Shown piece by piece: positions 47,049 to 56,272 of a stretch of 64,000 nt of DNA. Numbering within the stretch: the stretch's first letter is position 1; the number at the start of each line of letters is the position of its first letter. This stretch comes from Arenicellales bacterium (GTDB lineage: Bacteria; Pseudomonadota; Gammaproteobacteria; Arenicellales; JAJDZL01): assembly GCA_965243645.1 (NCBI GenBank), contig CBDEVD010000006.1:9570-73569 (forward strand), written 5' to 3'. The translations under genes and the position numbers were made by a program. The notes under the pieces are model-generated. The model worked only from the letters and a program-made list of their open reading frames with translations, had not been told where the DNA came from and did no database searches.

Positions 47049-48173
47049 ATGGAGGGTGGAACCTTGCGACACTTTAACGGAAAAAACCTTGTATTGGGGA
47101 CAGTGTTTTTCGCGTTCTCAGTATTTACTGGAAGTGCATATTCTGAAGGGACCTTGAACGTCTATAACTGGGCGGAATATATTGGTGAAGAAACGATTGC
47201 CAATTTTGAGAAAGAATTCAACATCGACGTTACCTACGATAACTACGATTCTGTCGAAACGGTTGACGCCAAATTACTGGCTGGCAATAGTGGTTATGAT
47301 GTTGTGTCTCATTCTGGAACACAAATTGCCAAATTAATTCCGACCGGTGTAATTACTCAATTAGACCTTTCGAAACTTCCCAACATGAAGCACATGAGTG
47401 CGGAAGTTATGGCCCAAGTTGCCTCGAATTGGGACCCGAACAATGATCATATTGTTCCTTATATGTGGGGAACTCATGGCGTCACCTACAACGAAGAGTT
47501 CATTCGAAGCATTTACCCGGATGCACCAATCGGTTCAATGGACCTCATTTTTGATCCTGTCCATATGGAGAAGATCGCCGAATGTGGTGTGTCATTTCTG
47601 GACTCACCAACCGATGTGATACCGATGGCGCTTGCACATTTGGGATTGGATCCAAGTTCGAAAAATGCAAAGGACTATCGGGCTGCTGAAGAAATGTTGC
47701 TCAAAATCCGACCTTACATTAAAACTTTTGATAACTACGCTTACCAACGTATGGTTCAAAAGGAGTTCTGTTTGGCCGTTACCTGGGGTCCGGATGGATT
47801 GCTTGCTATTTCAACTGCCGAAGAGGCTGGTGCGGATGTTACACTTGATTTCTTTTTACCACCCGGTGAAGGCAAAGCCAATCTTTGGGTTGATGGCTGG
47901 GTCATCCCGTCTGATGCTGCCAACGTAGAAAACGCTTATCTGTTTTTGAACTACATGATGCGTCCTGAAGTTGCTGCTGGGGATAGTAATTACACCTGGT
48001 ACGCAACAGCAAACGCCGATGCGATTCCATTAATCGATCCGGCTGTAACCGGCAATGAAGCGAGTTTTCCCTCACCGGAATCGGTTGCTAACATGTACAC
48101 GCTGGCAGTCATTCCCCCGAAAGTACAACGCGCCCGCACGCGCACCTGGACAAATTTCAAATCAGGTAACTGA
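47049..48173 (+). CDS. Polyamine (putrescine/spermidine-type) ABC transporter periplasmic binding protein, PotF/PotD-like
   Basis: The track ORF begins at TTG 47019; I prefer ATG 47049 (MEGGTLRHFNGKNLVLGTVFFAFSVFTGSAYSEG, a signal peptide). The body is LNVYNWAEYIGEETI.... Confidence 0.8.
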   Translation: MEGGTLRHFNGKNLVLGTVFFAFSVFTGSAYSEGTLNVYNWAEYIGEETIANFEKEFNIDVTYDNYDSVETVDAKLLAGNSGYDVVSHSGTQIAKLIPTGVITQLDLSKLPNMKHMSAEVMAQVASNWDPNNDHIVPYMWGTHGVTYNEEFIRSIYPDAPIGSMDLIFDPVHMEKIAECGVSFLDSPTDVIPMALAHLGLDPSSKNAKDYRAAEEMLLKIRPYIKTFDNYAYQRMVQKEFCLAVTWGPDGLLAISTAEEAGADVTLDFFLPPGEGKANLWVDGWVIPSDAANVENAYLFLNYMMRPEVAAGDSNYTWYATANADAIPLIDPAVTGNEASFPSPESVANMYTLAVIPPKVQRARTRTWTNFKSGN

Positions 48174-48254
48174 TTGAACTTTGTCAAATCATGAAGTGGG
48201 GTAGCGGTAGGGTAGACTTACTTTGGATCCAGTAGGATAAAGGAGGGAACTGCA

Positions 48255-49415
48255 TTGAACACGCAAGTCGAATCAAATGAACTATTTGCGGATCAGCCGT
48301 GGCTCGACCCCGAAGCAAAGCCATTTGTTCAAATTCGGGGAATAACCAAGACTTTTGGATCATTTACCGCAGTATCCGGCGTCGATTTAGACATCTACGA
48401 AGGGGAACTATTTTCTCTACTGGGTGGTTCCGGATGTGGAAAATCGACACTATTGCGGATGCTTGCCGGGTTTGACCCACCCACTTCTGGCAATATTTTC
48501 ATAGATGGCGTTGATATGGCGGGAGTGCCGCCATATCAACGACCCGTTAATATGATGTTTCAGTCCTATGCTTTGTTTCCACATATGACCGTTGAGCAAA
48601 ACATCGGTTATGGACTCAAACAGGATCGTATTGCAAAAAATGAAATAGCGGACCGTGTCGAAAAAATACTGTCGATCGTTCAATTAACTCAATTTTCCAA
48701 GCGCAAACCTCACCAGTTGTCCGGTGGACAGCGCCAACGAGTTGCGCTGGCGCGGGCCTTGGTGAAGAATCCCAAAGTGCTGCTGCTGGATGAACCCTTA
48801 GGTGCCCTTGACAAGCGGCTGCGCGAACAGACGCAGTTTGAATTGATGAATATTCAAGATCAGCTCGGTATCACTTTTATCGTGGTTACTCATGATCAGG
48901 AAGAAGCGATGACACTTTCGACCAGAATTGCAGTGATGGATCAGGGACGCTTTTCCCAGATTGGCACACCAACCGATATCTATGAATATCCAGAAACGCG
49001 CTTTGTCGCGAATTTCATTGGTAGTGCCAATATGTTCGAAGGACGCGTCGTTGAAAACGGAGCCGATTATGTGATCGTGAAAAGCGTTCGCTCTGAAATT
49101 TCCTTTTACATCGATCACAGTGCGGCTGTTCGTGAAAATACTGCTGTATGGGTAGCGCTCCGACCGGAGAAAATTCTGGTCTCTGCGACGGCACCGCAAA
49201 CTGCGTCTGAACACAACGCGGTTGAAGGTGTCGTTGATGACATCGGGTATCTTGGTAATTTTTCGATCTACAAAATCAGGTTGCCAAACGATCGAATCAT
49301 TGAAATTACTCATCCCAATCAGTCTCGTCCCAAGCACGGGAGTCATCTCGCGAAGTGGGAAGAAAAAGTTTATTTAAGTTGGGAAGCACACAGTCCGGTG
49401 CTTCTGACCAAGTAA
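48255..49415 (+). CDS. Polyamine ABC transporter ATPase, PotA/PotG-like
   Basis: 386 aa. The TTG start lies 7 nt after AGGAGG. Motifs: LLGGSGCGKSTLLR (Walker A), LSGGQRQRVALARAL, LLLDEP. Confidence 0.9.
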   Translation: MNTQVESNELFADQPWLDPEAKPFVQIRGITKTFGSFTAVSGVDLDIYEGELFSLLGGSGCGKSTLLRMLAGFDPPTSGNIFIDGVDMAGVPPYQRPVNMMFQSYALFPHMTVEQNIGYGLKQDRIAKNEIADRVEKILSIVQLTQFSKRKPHQLSGGQRQRVALARALVKNPKVLLLDEPLGALDKRLREQTQFELMNIQDQLGITFIVVTHDQEEAMTLSTRIAVMDQGRFSQIGTPTDIYEYPETRFVANFIGSANMFEGRVVENGADYVIVKSVRSEISFYIDHSAAVRENTAVWVALRPEKILVSATAPQTASEHNAVEGVVDDIGYLGNFSIYKIRLPNDRIIEITHPNQSRPKHGSHLAKWEEKVYLSWEAHSPVLLTK

Positions 49416-49466
49416 TTCACCTGATCGGGTTGCAGATCAGTCGTTCATTGAGAGGAGAAAGCAGGT

Positions 49467-50381
49467 TTGAAGAGTTGGTTTAGAAGCTGGTCTCAATCTT
49501 CAACTGCATGGCAAACCGTCGTTGTTGCGATTCCTTTTGTGTGGTTGCTGATTTTCTTTTTGATTCCGTTTTTCATTGTCCTCAAGATCAGCTTGGCAGA
49601 ATATATCCTGGCCAGTCCGCCTTTTTCGACCCTGTTTGCTGTGGCGGATACCGGTGCGCTCTATATGACGCTGATTTTCGATAATTTTGCCTATCTTTGG
49701 GAAGACAGTCTTTATCTGGACACTTATCTGAATTCGCTGAAAATCTCAGTTACTTCAACGATCTTTTGTTTGTTGGTTGGTTATCCAATCGCTTACGGTA
49801 TCGCACGTTCAACACCGACCGCAAAGAAAATCCTGTTGTTGATGGTGATTTTGCCATTTTGGACTTCATTTTTACTGCGAGTCTATGCTTGGATCGGGCT
49901 GCTGGCAGATCAGGGAACAATCAACAACTTTCTCATTTGGATTGGCATCATTGATCAGCCGATCAAGATGCTTTATACCGATTTTGCTGTGTACGTCGGA
50001 ATCGTCTACACCTATCTTCCATTTATGATCCTGCCTTTGTTCGCGAGCATTGAAAAACTGGATATGACATTGCATGAAGCAGCGGCAGATTTAGGCGCGC
50101 GACCGTTTACCATATTTCGTTCCATTACGATTCCCATGACCATGCCAGGTATTATCGCGGGGTCATTGCTGGTTTTCATTCCAGCGACCGGTGAGTTTGT
50201 CATTCCTGACTTGCTTGGCGGCGGTAATGTATTGATGATTGGTAAAGTTTTGTACAGTGAATTCAATTCAAACCAGGACTGGCCAATTGCCTCGGCTGTG
50301 GCAGTCGTACTGTTGATCCTGTTGGTTGTACCAATGATGATTTATCAAAAGTACCAGGCCAAAGAGTCAAGCGGGCAGTGA
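49467..50381 (+). CDS. Polyamine ABC transporter permease, PotB/PotH-like
   Basis: 304 aa and multi-TM, with the EAA loop ...LHEAAADLGARPFTIFRSITIP. Confidence 0.85.
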   Translation: MKSWFRSWSQSSTAWQTVVVAIPFVWLLIFFLIPFFIVLKISLAEYILASPPFSTLFAVADTGALYMTLIFDNFAYLWEDSLYLDTYLNSLKISVTSTIFCLLVGYPIAYGIARSTPTAKKILLLMVILPFWTSFLLRVYAWIGLLADQGTINNFLIWIGIIDQPIKMLYTDFAVYVGIVYTYLPFMILPLFASIEKLDMTLHEAAADLGARPFTIFRSITIPMTMPGIIAGSLLVFIPATGEFVIPDLLGGGNVLMIGKVLYSEFNSNQDWPIASAVAVVLLILLVVPMMIYQKYQAKESSGQ

Positions 50382-50391
50382 GGCGATCGTT

Positions 50392-51261
50392 GTGAGCTGG
50401 AAACGCGCACCATTCATGTTTTCCCTGCTGTGCCTGGGATTTGCATTCTTATACATTCCAATCTTTCTCCTGATCTTCTATTCATTCAATTACTCAAAGG
50501 TTGTACCGGTTTGGGGCGGATTCTCGGTTCGCTGGTATGTTGAGTTGTTTCAGAGTGAAGAGATTTGGCGGTCAGTGATTCTCAGTCTGGAAATCGCCAT
50601 CATGAATGCGACATTTGCAACCTTACTCGGCGCACTTGCAGGCATTGCGATGGCAAGGATCAGAAAATTTCGCGGGCGTACATTATTTTCAGGAATGATC
50701 TCTGCGCCGTTAGTCATGCCGGAGGTGATTACCGGGCTATCGTTGTTATTGTTGTTTATTACGATGGCTGAAATGATTGGCTGGCCACCGCGCGGGATTA
50801 CAACAATTACGATCGCGCACGTCACTTTTTCATTGGCCTATGTTGCAGTGATTGTGCAATCCAGACTGGTTGGCGTTGATGAATCCCTGGAAGAAGCAGC
50901 CCAGGACCTTGGCGCTAGGCCCTTTCGGGTATTAATTGACATCACTGTCCCGCTGCTGGCACCTGCCTTGGTTGCTGGCTGGTTGCTGGCGTTTACACTG
51001 TCGCTCGACGACCTCGTTATTGCAAGTTTTGTATCGGGACCTGGTGCAAACACCCTGCCAATGCTGATTTACTCGCGAGTCAAACTCGGTCTTAAGCCCG
51101 ATGTCAATGCGCTGGCCACAATCATTATCGTGATCGTAACCATTGGGGTCTGTATTGCAGGCTGGATATTGTCGCGCCAGGAGCGACAACGAACCTTGGA
51201 TATGCAGTTGGCAGAGTCCGAAAAATACGACTTCGGTGAGGAGCAAAAACAGGTCAGCTAA
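50392..51261 (+). CDS. Polyamine ABC transporter permease, PotC/PotI-like
   Basis: 289 aa and multi-TM, with the EAA loop ...LEEAAQDLGARPFRVLIDITVP. Confidence 0.85.
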   Translation: MSWKRAPFMFSLLCLGFAFLYIPIFLLIFYSFNYSKVVPVWGGFSVRWYVELFQSEEIWRSVILSLEIAIMNATFATLLGALAGIAMARIRKFRGRTLFSGMISAPLVMPEVITGLSLLLLFITMAEMIGWPPRGITTITIAHVTFSLAYVAVIVQSRLVGVDESLEEAAQDLGARPFRVLIDITVPLLAPALVAGWLLAFTLSLDDLVIASFVSGPGANTLPMLIYSRVKLGLKPDVNALATIIIVIVTIGVCIAGWILSRQERQRTLDMQLAESEKYDFGEEQKQVS

Positions 51262-53068
51262 TCACCATATCGTCATTGACTTCAGCGATTGTGCCGTGCG
51301 GTGGTATATTTTTCAGTTTCGCCACCGGCAATCGAGCTTGAATCGCGTGATGGTAGGCTCGAATCCCGGTTTCCGCAGTTGCAGACAGTGTCCACTGTGG
51401 GTAGACTGAAGAATTCATACCTTGCTGCATGGATTCCATATAAAAATAATCTTCACTCATTGTTTGGATATTGATGCGACGGTTCAGGTACCGCAACGCT
51501 TCAATGCCTTTACGGCTGTCTGGCAGTGCATAGCACTTGCCAATTACTTTTGTACGAGTCAAGCTGACCGGTATGGTCATGTAAACTTCCATCATTTCCG
51601 GATAAAGCGCTAAGACAAGATTTGGAAAAACACCGATGTACTGCCACAAGTCTTGGCGTTCTTGGGAAAGGTGATCGAACCTTGGCATCAGATTTCTGTA
51701 GTTCTTTACGCTCCACAGATTGCCGACCCGCTCATTAAAAACCCCCTTGGAAACCGGTATGTCGCTGACAAACAAATCAGTGTATGAGCGTCCATATAGT
51801 TGCTGTAGCGCCGGATGTCCGATGGGCACGTGATAACCTTCATTGTCGATATCGTGGTAAATTTTCCAGTTGACCGGTAAGCTGTCTGTCTCATTGACTA
51901 CATACTGTGGCGGTTCCTGGTAGGGTTGTAGTTCTTGCAGGCGATACTCCTTTATTTCGTCTTCGATTGGCTGGAGTTGTGAGTCTATCGTTGGACCGCC
52001 ACCAACAAAGCGAATGAAGATAAAACCATGCCAGATTTCACATTCAATCAGTTTAAGCGAATGTCGTTTCGGATTGATGTCAGGAAATCCCTCTTTACCA
52101 GGTATGAACTGAAGATTGCCGTCAAAATCATAGCGCCAGCCATGAAATGGACAGGTCAGCGATTGGCGACAGTGACCTTGTCCGACCAAAATAGTTGAGC
52201 CACGATGTCGACAAATATTGTGAAAAGCATTAATTTCGCCTGCTTTATTCCTTACGACCAGGGCACGTTCTCCAAAACCTTCAAATGTGAGGTAGTCACC
52301 GGCTTTAGCGATCTCACTGACATGTCCAACCAGCATCCAGTTTGGTTTAAAGAGATGTTCAATTTCCAGGTCGAAGAACTCTTGGTTCTGGTAAGTCCAA
52401 AACGGCAGCAAATCAGACAGCTGATCGGAATCATAGCGTACTGGTTGTTGGGATTTAGATTTTGTTGCACCCAATCCAATACTGGCGAGATAGTGCTCAC
52501 ATTGTTCAATGGCAGCCAATGGGTCAAGTTTCGTATTCGACATCAACGCATGCTGCCAGATGCTATCAGTCAGGCCTTGCAGGGTGAGTGCCAAAACTTG
52601 TGAATTAGTCGTGGATTTTCCAGTCAGCTTTAACCATTCTTTAATTCCGTTCTGAACCAGTTCGGTTTCGAACTTTTCGACTTTTGTTAGTAAGGTTCGA
52701 TATTCCTTATTGGCGTGATACTCGCTGCGAAACGCATACCAGGCGGCAATCTTATTTTTGACGTAAATTCGTTTGTCAAAACAGCTGTGTATGTAGCCAT
52801 GAATCTTTTGCTCCGCGGTATCTGCATGCTTTAACCACTGATTCAACACCTGCACATACTCATCCAACAGATGATTGAGTGTGTCAAGTAACAGATTCTT
52901 TTTTGACTTGAAGTAGAAATTAACAATCCCCGCCGACATGTCGCTTCTTGATGCAACTTTGGCTAAAGTGACATTCGATATACCATCCTGATAGATCGAT
53001 TCAATGGTTGCTGAGATCAACTCTTGGCGGCGGACTTTGTGATTAAATTCTTGTGCAGATGGATTCAT
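51254..53068 (-). CDS. Fusion protein: N-terminal TetR/AcrR-family HTH regulator domain (aa 1 to ~200) plus a complete Rieske non-haem-iron oxygenase alpha subunit (aa ~220 to 604)
   Basis: Single uninterrupted 604-aa ORF. The TetR HTH is ISNVTLAKVASRSDMSAGIVNFYFKSKKNLL. The Rieske motif is C286-R-H288-x17-C306-P-F-H309 (NICRHRG...LTCPFHGW). The mononuclear iron motif is DNEGYHVPIGHP. Confidence 0.8.
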   Translation of the reverse strand: MNPSAQEFNHKVRRQELISATIESIYQDGISNVTLAKVASRSDMSAGIVNFYFKSKKNLLLDTLNHLLDEYVQVLNQWLKHADTAEQKIHGYIHSCFDKRIYVKNKIAAWYAFRSEYHANKEYRTLLTKVEKFETELVQNGIKEWLKLTGKSTTNSQVLALTLQGLTDSIWQHALMSNTKLDPLAAIEQCEHYLASIGLGATKSKSQQPVRYDSDQLSDLLPFWTYQNQEFFDLEIEHLFKPNWMLVGHVSEIAKAGDYLTFEGFGERALVVRNKAGEINAFHNICRHRGSTILVGQGHCRQSLTCPFHGWRYDFDGNLQFIPGKEGFPDINPKRHSLKLIECEIWHGFIFIRFVGGGPTIDSQLQPIEDEIKEYRLQELQPYQEPPQYVVNETDSLPVNWKIYHDIDNEGYHVPIGHPALQQLYGRSYTDLFVSDIPVSKGVFNERVGNLWSVKNYRNLMPRFDHLSQERQDLWQYIGVFPNLVLALYPEMMEVYMTIPVSLTRTKVIGKCYALPDSRKGIEALRYLNRRINIQTMSEDYFYMESMQQGMNSSVYPQWTLSATAETGIRAYHHAIQARLPVAKLKNIPPHGTIAEVNDDMVIS

Positions 53069-53405
53069 AAAAATATGTTGAATTTTTATTAAATGGGATT
53101 GAATTATTATATAGACAAGTAAGTCATCGGGTCTTTGGATTGCATATCAATATGATTCGAATGAGTTTTAAATAAACTTTTATTAACAATAATATGGAGT
53201 TAATATGGGTTAACTTTACTGATGTCTTCTGACGAGTGGAACAACTATATGCGGTCGGTCATCGTAAGGTGTGTTTCAACTCGCTTGGGAGGCGTTGAGA
53301 CAGGCTGAAATTGAGCGATCATTTTTCTGGCAATAGACAAATCCGCCCGGCTGCATTACGAGTCAAATCAGGTGAGATTCAATAGAGGGTGAAAAAAGGG
53401 TGGTT

Positions 53406-54674
53406 TCAGATCAAGTGGTCCTCCAGCGGAAAATCAGACAGGACAATCGGTCCGTTTGCAGTTATCCATACGGGTTGTTCGAGCTTAACGCCTTCATGTC
53501 CGTCTTTTTCGCCAACATAGCTTTCAATACAGACAACCATGTTCTCTTCTAATACGCCATCGTATGCGCCATATTGTTCATCTTCTTGGTACCATAGGAA
53601 GGGATATTCAACACCGAGACCGCACCCATGGCCAACGTCGGCATATCGATTTGCAAGATATTTTTCCGGCAATTGGTATGATTTAGCAGAGTATTCAAGA
53701 AAAGACAGACCAGGTGTTAGTAACTCGATATTGGTTTCCAGTTGCGCCAGGGACGTTGCATATAGATGTCGTTGCTCATCTGTTGCTTTGGCATCTCCGA
53801 TGATCCAACTTCGAGAAATATCGTTGTAAAATCCCATTGGGCCGACCAAATCGGTGTCAAAGGAAAGGAAGTCTCCATTTTCAATCACTCGGTTACTGGT
53901 TTCGTGAAACCATGGATTGGTGCGTGGACCGGATGTCATCAAGCGTGTTTCGGGATATTCGCCTCCAAGTCGAATACTCTGCGCGAGTAGTATCGACAGA
54001 GCTTGCTGTTCTGTCATTCCAGGCTGTACTTTTTCTCGTAAATCATGCATCGCGGCTTCGCAAGACGCAAGTGACAGTCGCAAAGCTCGAATTTCTTCGA
54101 CTGACTTGATCGATCGGGCATGTTCCATGACCTTTTTCGCATCGGTTGGTACCAGTCCACAGTCAATCAGCGCCAGCGCGGTATCCACATCCAGTCGATC
54201 GACAGCCACGTTGCGGTTATCACCCCCGTATGTCCTGACAAGGTCATCGATTTCCTGCGCCCACTTGCTGACAATTTCCGCGGTACGGTAGCCCGTTACA
54301 AAATAATCTGTTGACCAGGCAGCTCGCACGCTGTCAATGGTTTCTAGCCCCTTGAGTAGATGTATGCCAGTCGGCAATTCGAACATAATCGACGGACCGG
54401 ATGTGAGTATCAGTGCATAGCGACAGAAATTGTGCATGGTCCAGACCTGCATGTTCCGCGAACCATTTGCATAGCGAATATTGATGGGATCGAATAACAG
54501 GATCGCCGCCAAGTCATGGCGCGCCGCATGTGATCGCACTGAATTCAAACGGTACTGACGAATGGCCGCTTCGTCAATTGGTTGATTGTTATTCAGAGGG
54601 TCAATCAAGATATTACCGGTCAGGTAGACCGCTGCAGATAAACTGTTCGCATCAAAATTCGCGCCCGATGACAA
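53406..54674 (-). CDS. M24-family metallohydrolase fold protein (creatinase / ectoine-hydrolase DoeA / DddP / Xaa-Pro peptidase-like)
   Basis: 422 aa with a creatinase-like N-domain. Pita-bread metal ligands appear at the expected positions: FDTD, YNDISR, VGHGCGLGVEYP, VCIESY, KLEQ. Confidence 0.7.
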   Translation of the reverse strand: MSSGANFDANSLSAAVYLTGNILIDPLNNNQPIDEAAIRQYRLNSVRSHAARHDLAAILLFDPINIRYANGSRNMQVWTMHNFCRYALILTSGPSIMFELPTGIHLLKGLETIDSVRAAWSTDYFVTGYRTAEIVSKWAQEIDDLVRTYGGDNRNVAVDRLDVDTALALIDCGLVPTDAKKVMEHARSIKSVEEIRALRLSLASCEAAMHDLREKVQPGMTEQQALSILLAQSIRLGGEYPETRLMTSGPRTNPWFHETSNRVIENGDFLSFDTDLVGPMGFYNDISRSWIIGDAKATDEQRHLYATSLAQLETNIELLTPGLSFLEYSAKSYQLPEKYLANRYADVGHGCGLGVEYPFLWYQEDEQYGAYDGVLEENMVVCIESYVGEKDGHEGVKLEQPVWITANGPIVLSDFPLEDHLI

Positions 54675-54823
54675 CGCGTTGGGACAGATTGCTCAGTCCA
54701 ACCTGTCGCCAACATCGGACGACGGCAGGGCCAATATCGCCCTGCGTCACGTCATGCTTTCGAAAAATTAACCGATACCAAGTATTGAGCTGCCAACAAG
54801 AATCTATCTGATTGTCCGAATGA

Positions 54824-56227
54824 TTAACTCGACGCGGCAGCACTGACAGCGGCCGGCCTGATTTCATCGTGGACCGCATCCAGTGATTGACTCAATGCAT
54901 CAAAAAGGTCGTGAACCTGTTGTTCGGTAATAATCAATGGTGGACAGATTCCGACTGAATCGCCCGATGGCAGGGCGCGTAAGATCAAACCATTGGTCAG
55001 GCATTTTTGATATACCTGGATTGCGATTTTAAGATCCGTATCAAAGGGTGTTTTGGTGTCTTTATTTGCGACCAGTTCAATGGCACCAATTAAACCGGCA
55101 CCGCGGGCCTCACCCACCAATGGATGTGATCCAAGTTCTTGCAAACGACTTTGGAACGGTTGCATGACATTACGAACATGGTCCAGAATGTTGCGCTCTG
55201 CATAAATATCCAGTGTTTCGAGTGCCACTGCGGCACCGACCGGGTGACCGGTGTAGGTAAATCCAGTGCCAAAAACGCCATGGCGATTACTGGCTTCGGC
55301 GATGACCTGAAAAATCTCTTCGGAAATCATGGTCGCGCCAATTGGAATATAGGCCGAGGACAGTTGTTTGGCGCAGGTAACCATGTCCGGTGCCACAATG
55401 CCGAACGTATCGCATCCCCACTGGTTTCCGGTACGGCCAAATCCATTGATGACTTCGTCGGCAATCAATAGAATGTCATACTGTTTGAGTACTTTTTGTA
55501 TTTTTTCAAAATATGTTTTCGGCGGCGGAATCACACCACCGGCACCCATTAAGGGCTCCGCGATCAACGCGGCAATGGTTTCAGGCCCCTCGGCCACAAT
55601 CAGTTGCTCCAATTCATCTGCGCGGCGAGAAGCAAATTCTTCTTCGGACTCACCTTCCTCACCAAAGCGATAGTAATGCGGTGCGCCGGTTTGTTTGAAC
55701 CGGTCAAGTGGCGCATCAAACGCTTCTTGGATCACCGGAATTGCTGTCAAACTTGTACAGGCAATGGTAACACCGTGGTAGCCTCTGTGGCGGGAAATGA
55801 TTTTCTTCTTCTCTGGACGTCCCAGCGCGTTGTTGTAATACCAGGCAATTTTGATTGCTGAATCGACCGCTTCTGATCCCGAAGTTACAAAGTATGCCTT
55901 CGACATCGAATCCGGTGCGATGCCGATCAGTCGATCAGCAAGTTCGGCAACAACCGGTGCAGTGCGCCCGGCAAAACTGTGGTTGTAAGGTAGAGTTTCC
56001 AACTGGCGCTTGGCTGCTTCAACCAGACGCGGTTCACTAAAGCCAAGCGAGACACACCACAGTCCTGCGAGACCCTCAATAAATTTGTCGTTGTTTTCAT
56101 CCCAAATATAGATGCCCTCACCGCGTACATAGGTTTTCGGGCCGGTTTGTTGATGAACAATGTGGTTGGTGAATGGATGTAAATTCGACTTGATATCTTT
56201 TTCTGCTATAGATGAGAGTTGCATCAC
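54824..56227 (-). CDS. Class III (omega) aminotransferase, PLP-dependent
   Basis: 467 aa: ...SGSEAVDSAIK..., LIADEVINGFGRTG..., and VTCAKQLSSAYIPIGA (the PLP-Lys context). Confidence 0.85.
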   Translation of the reverse strand: MMQLSSIAEKDIKSNLHPFTNHIVHQQTGPKTYVRGEGIYIWDENNDKFIEGLAGLWCVSLGFSEPRLVEAAKRQLETLPYNHSFAGRTAPVVAELADRLIGIAPDSMSKAYFVTSGSEAVDSAIKIAWYYNNALGRPEKKKIISRHRGYHGVTIACTSLTAIPVIQEAFDAPLDRFKQTGAPHYYRFGEEGESEEEFASRRADELEQLIVAEGPETIAALIAEPLMGAGGVIPPPKTYFEKIQKVLKQYDILLIADEVINGFGRTGNQWGCDTFGIVAPDMVTCAKQLSSAYIPIGATMISEEIFQVIAEASNRHGVFGTGFTYTGHPVGAAVALETLDIYAERNILDHVRNVMQPFQSRLQELGSHPLVGEARGAGLIGAIELVANKDTKTPFDTDLKIAIQVYQKCLTNGLILRALPSGDSVGICPPLIITEQQVHDLFDALSQSLDAVHDEIRPAAVSAAASS

Positions 56228-56272
56228 GGAAACCTCAAATTAAGGGTAAACAAGGGTAGGTCGCCCAAGTGC

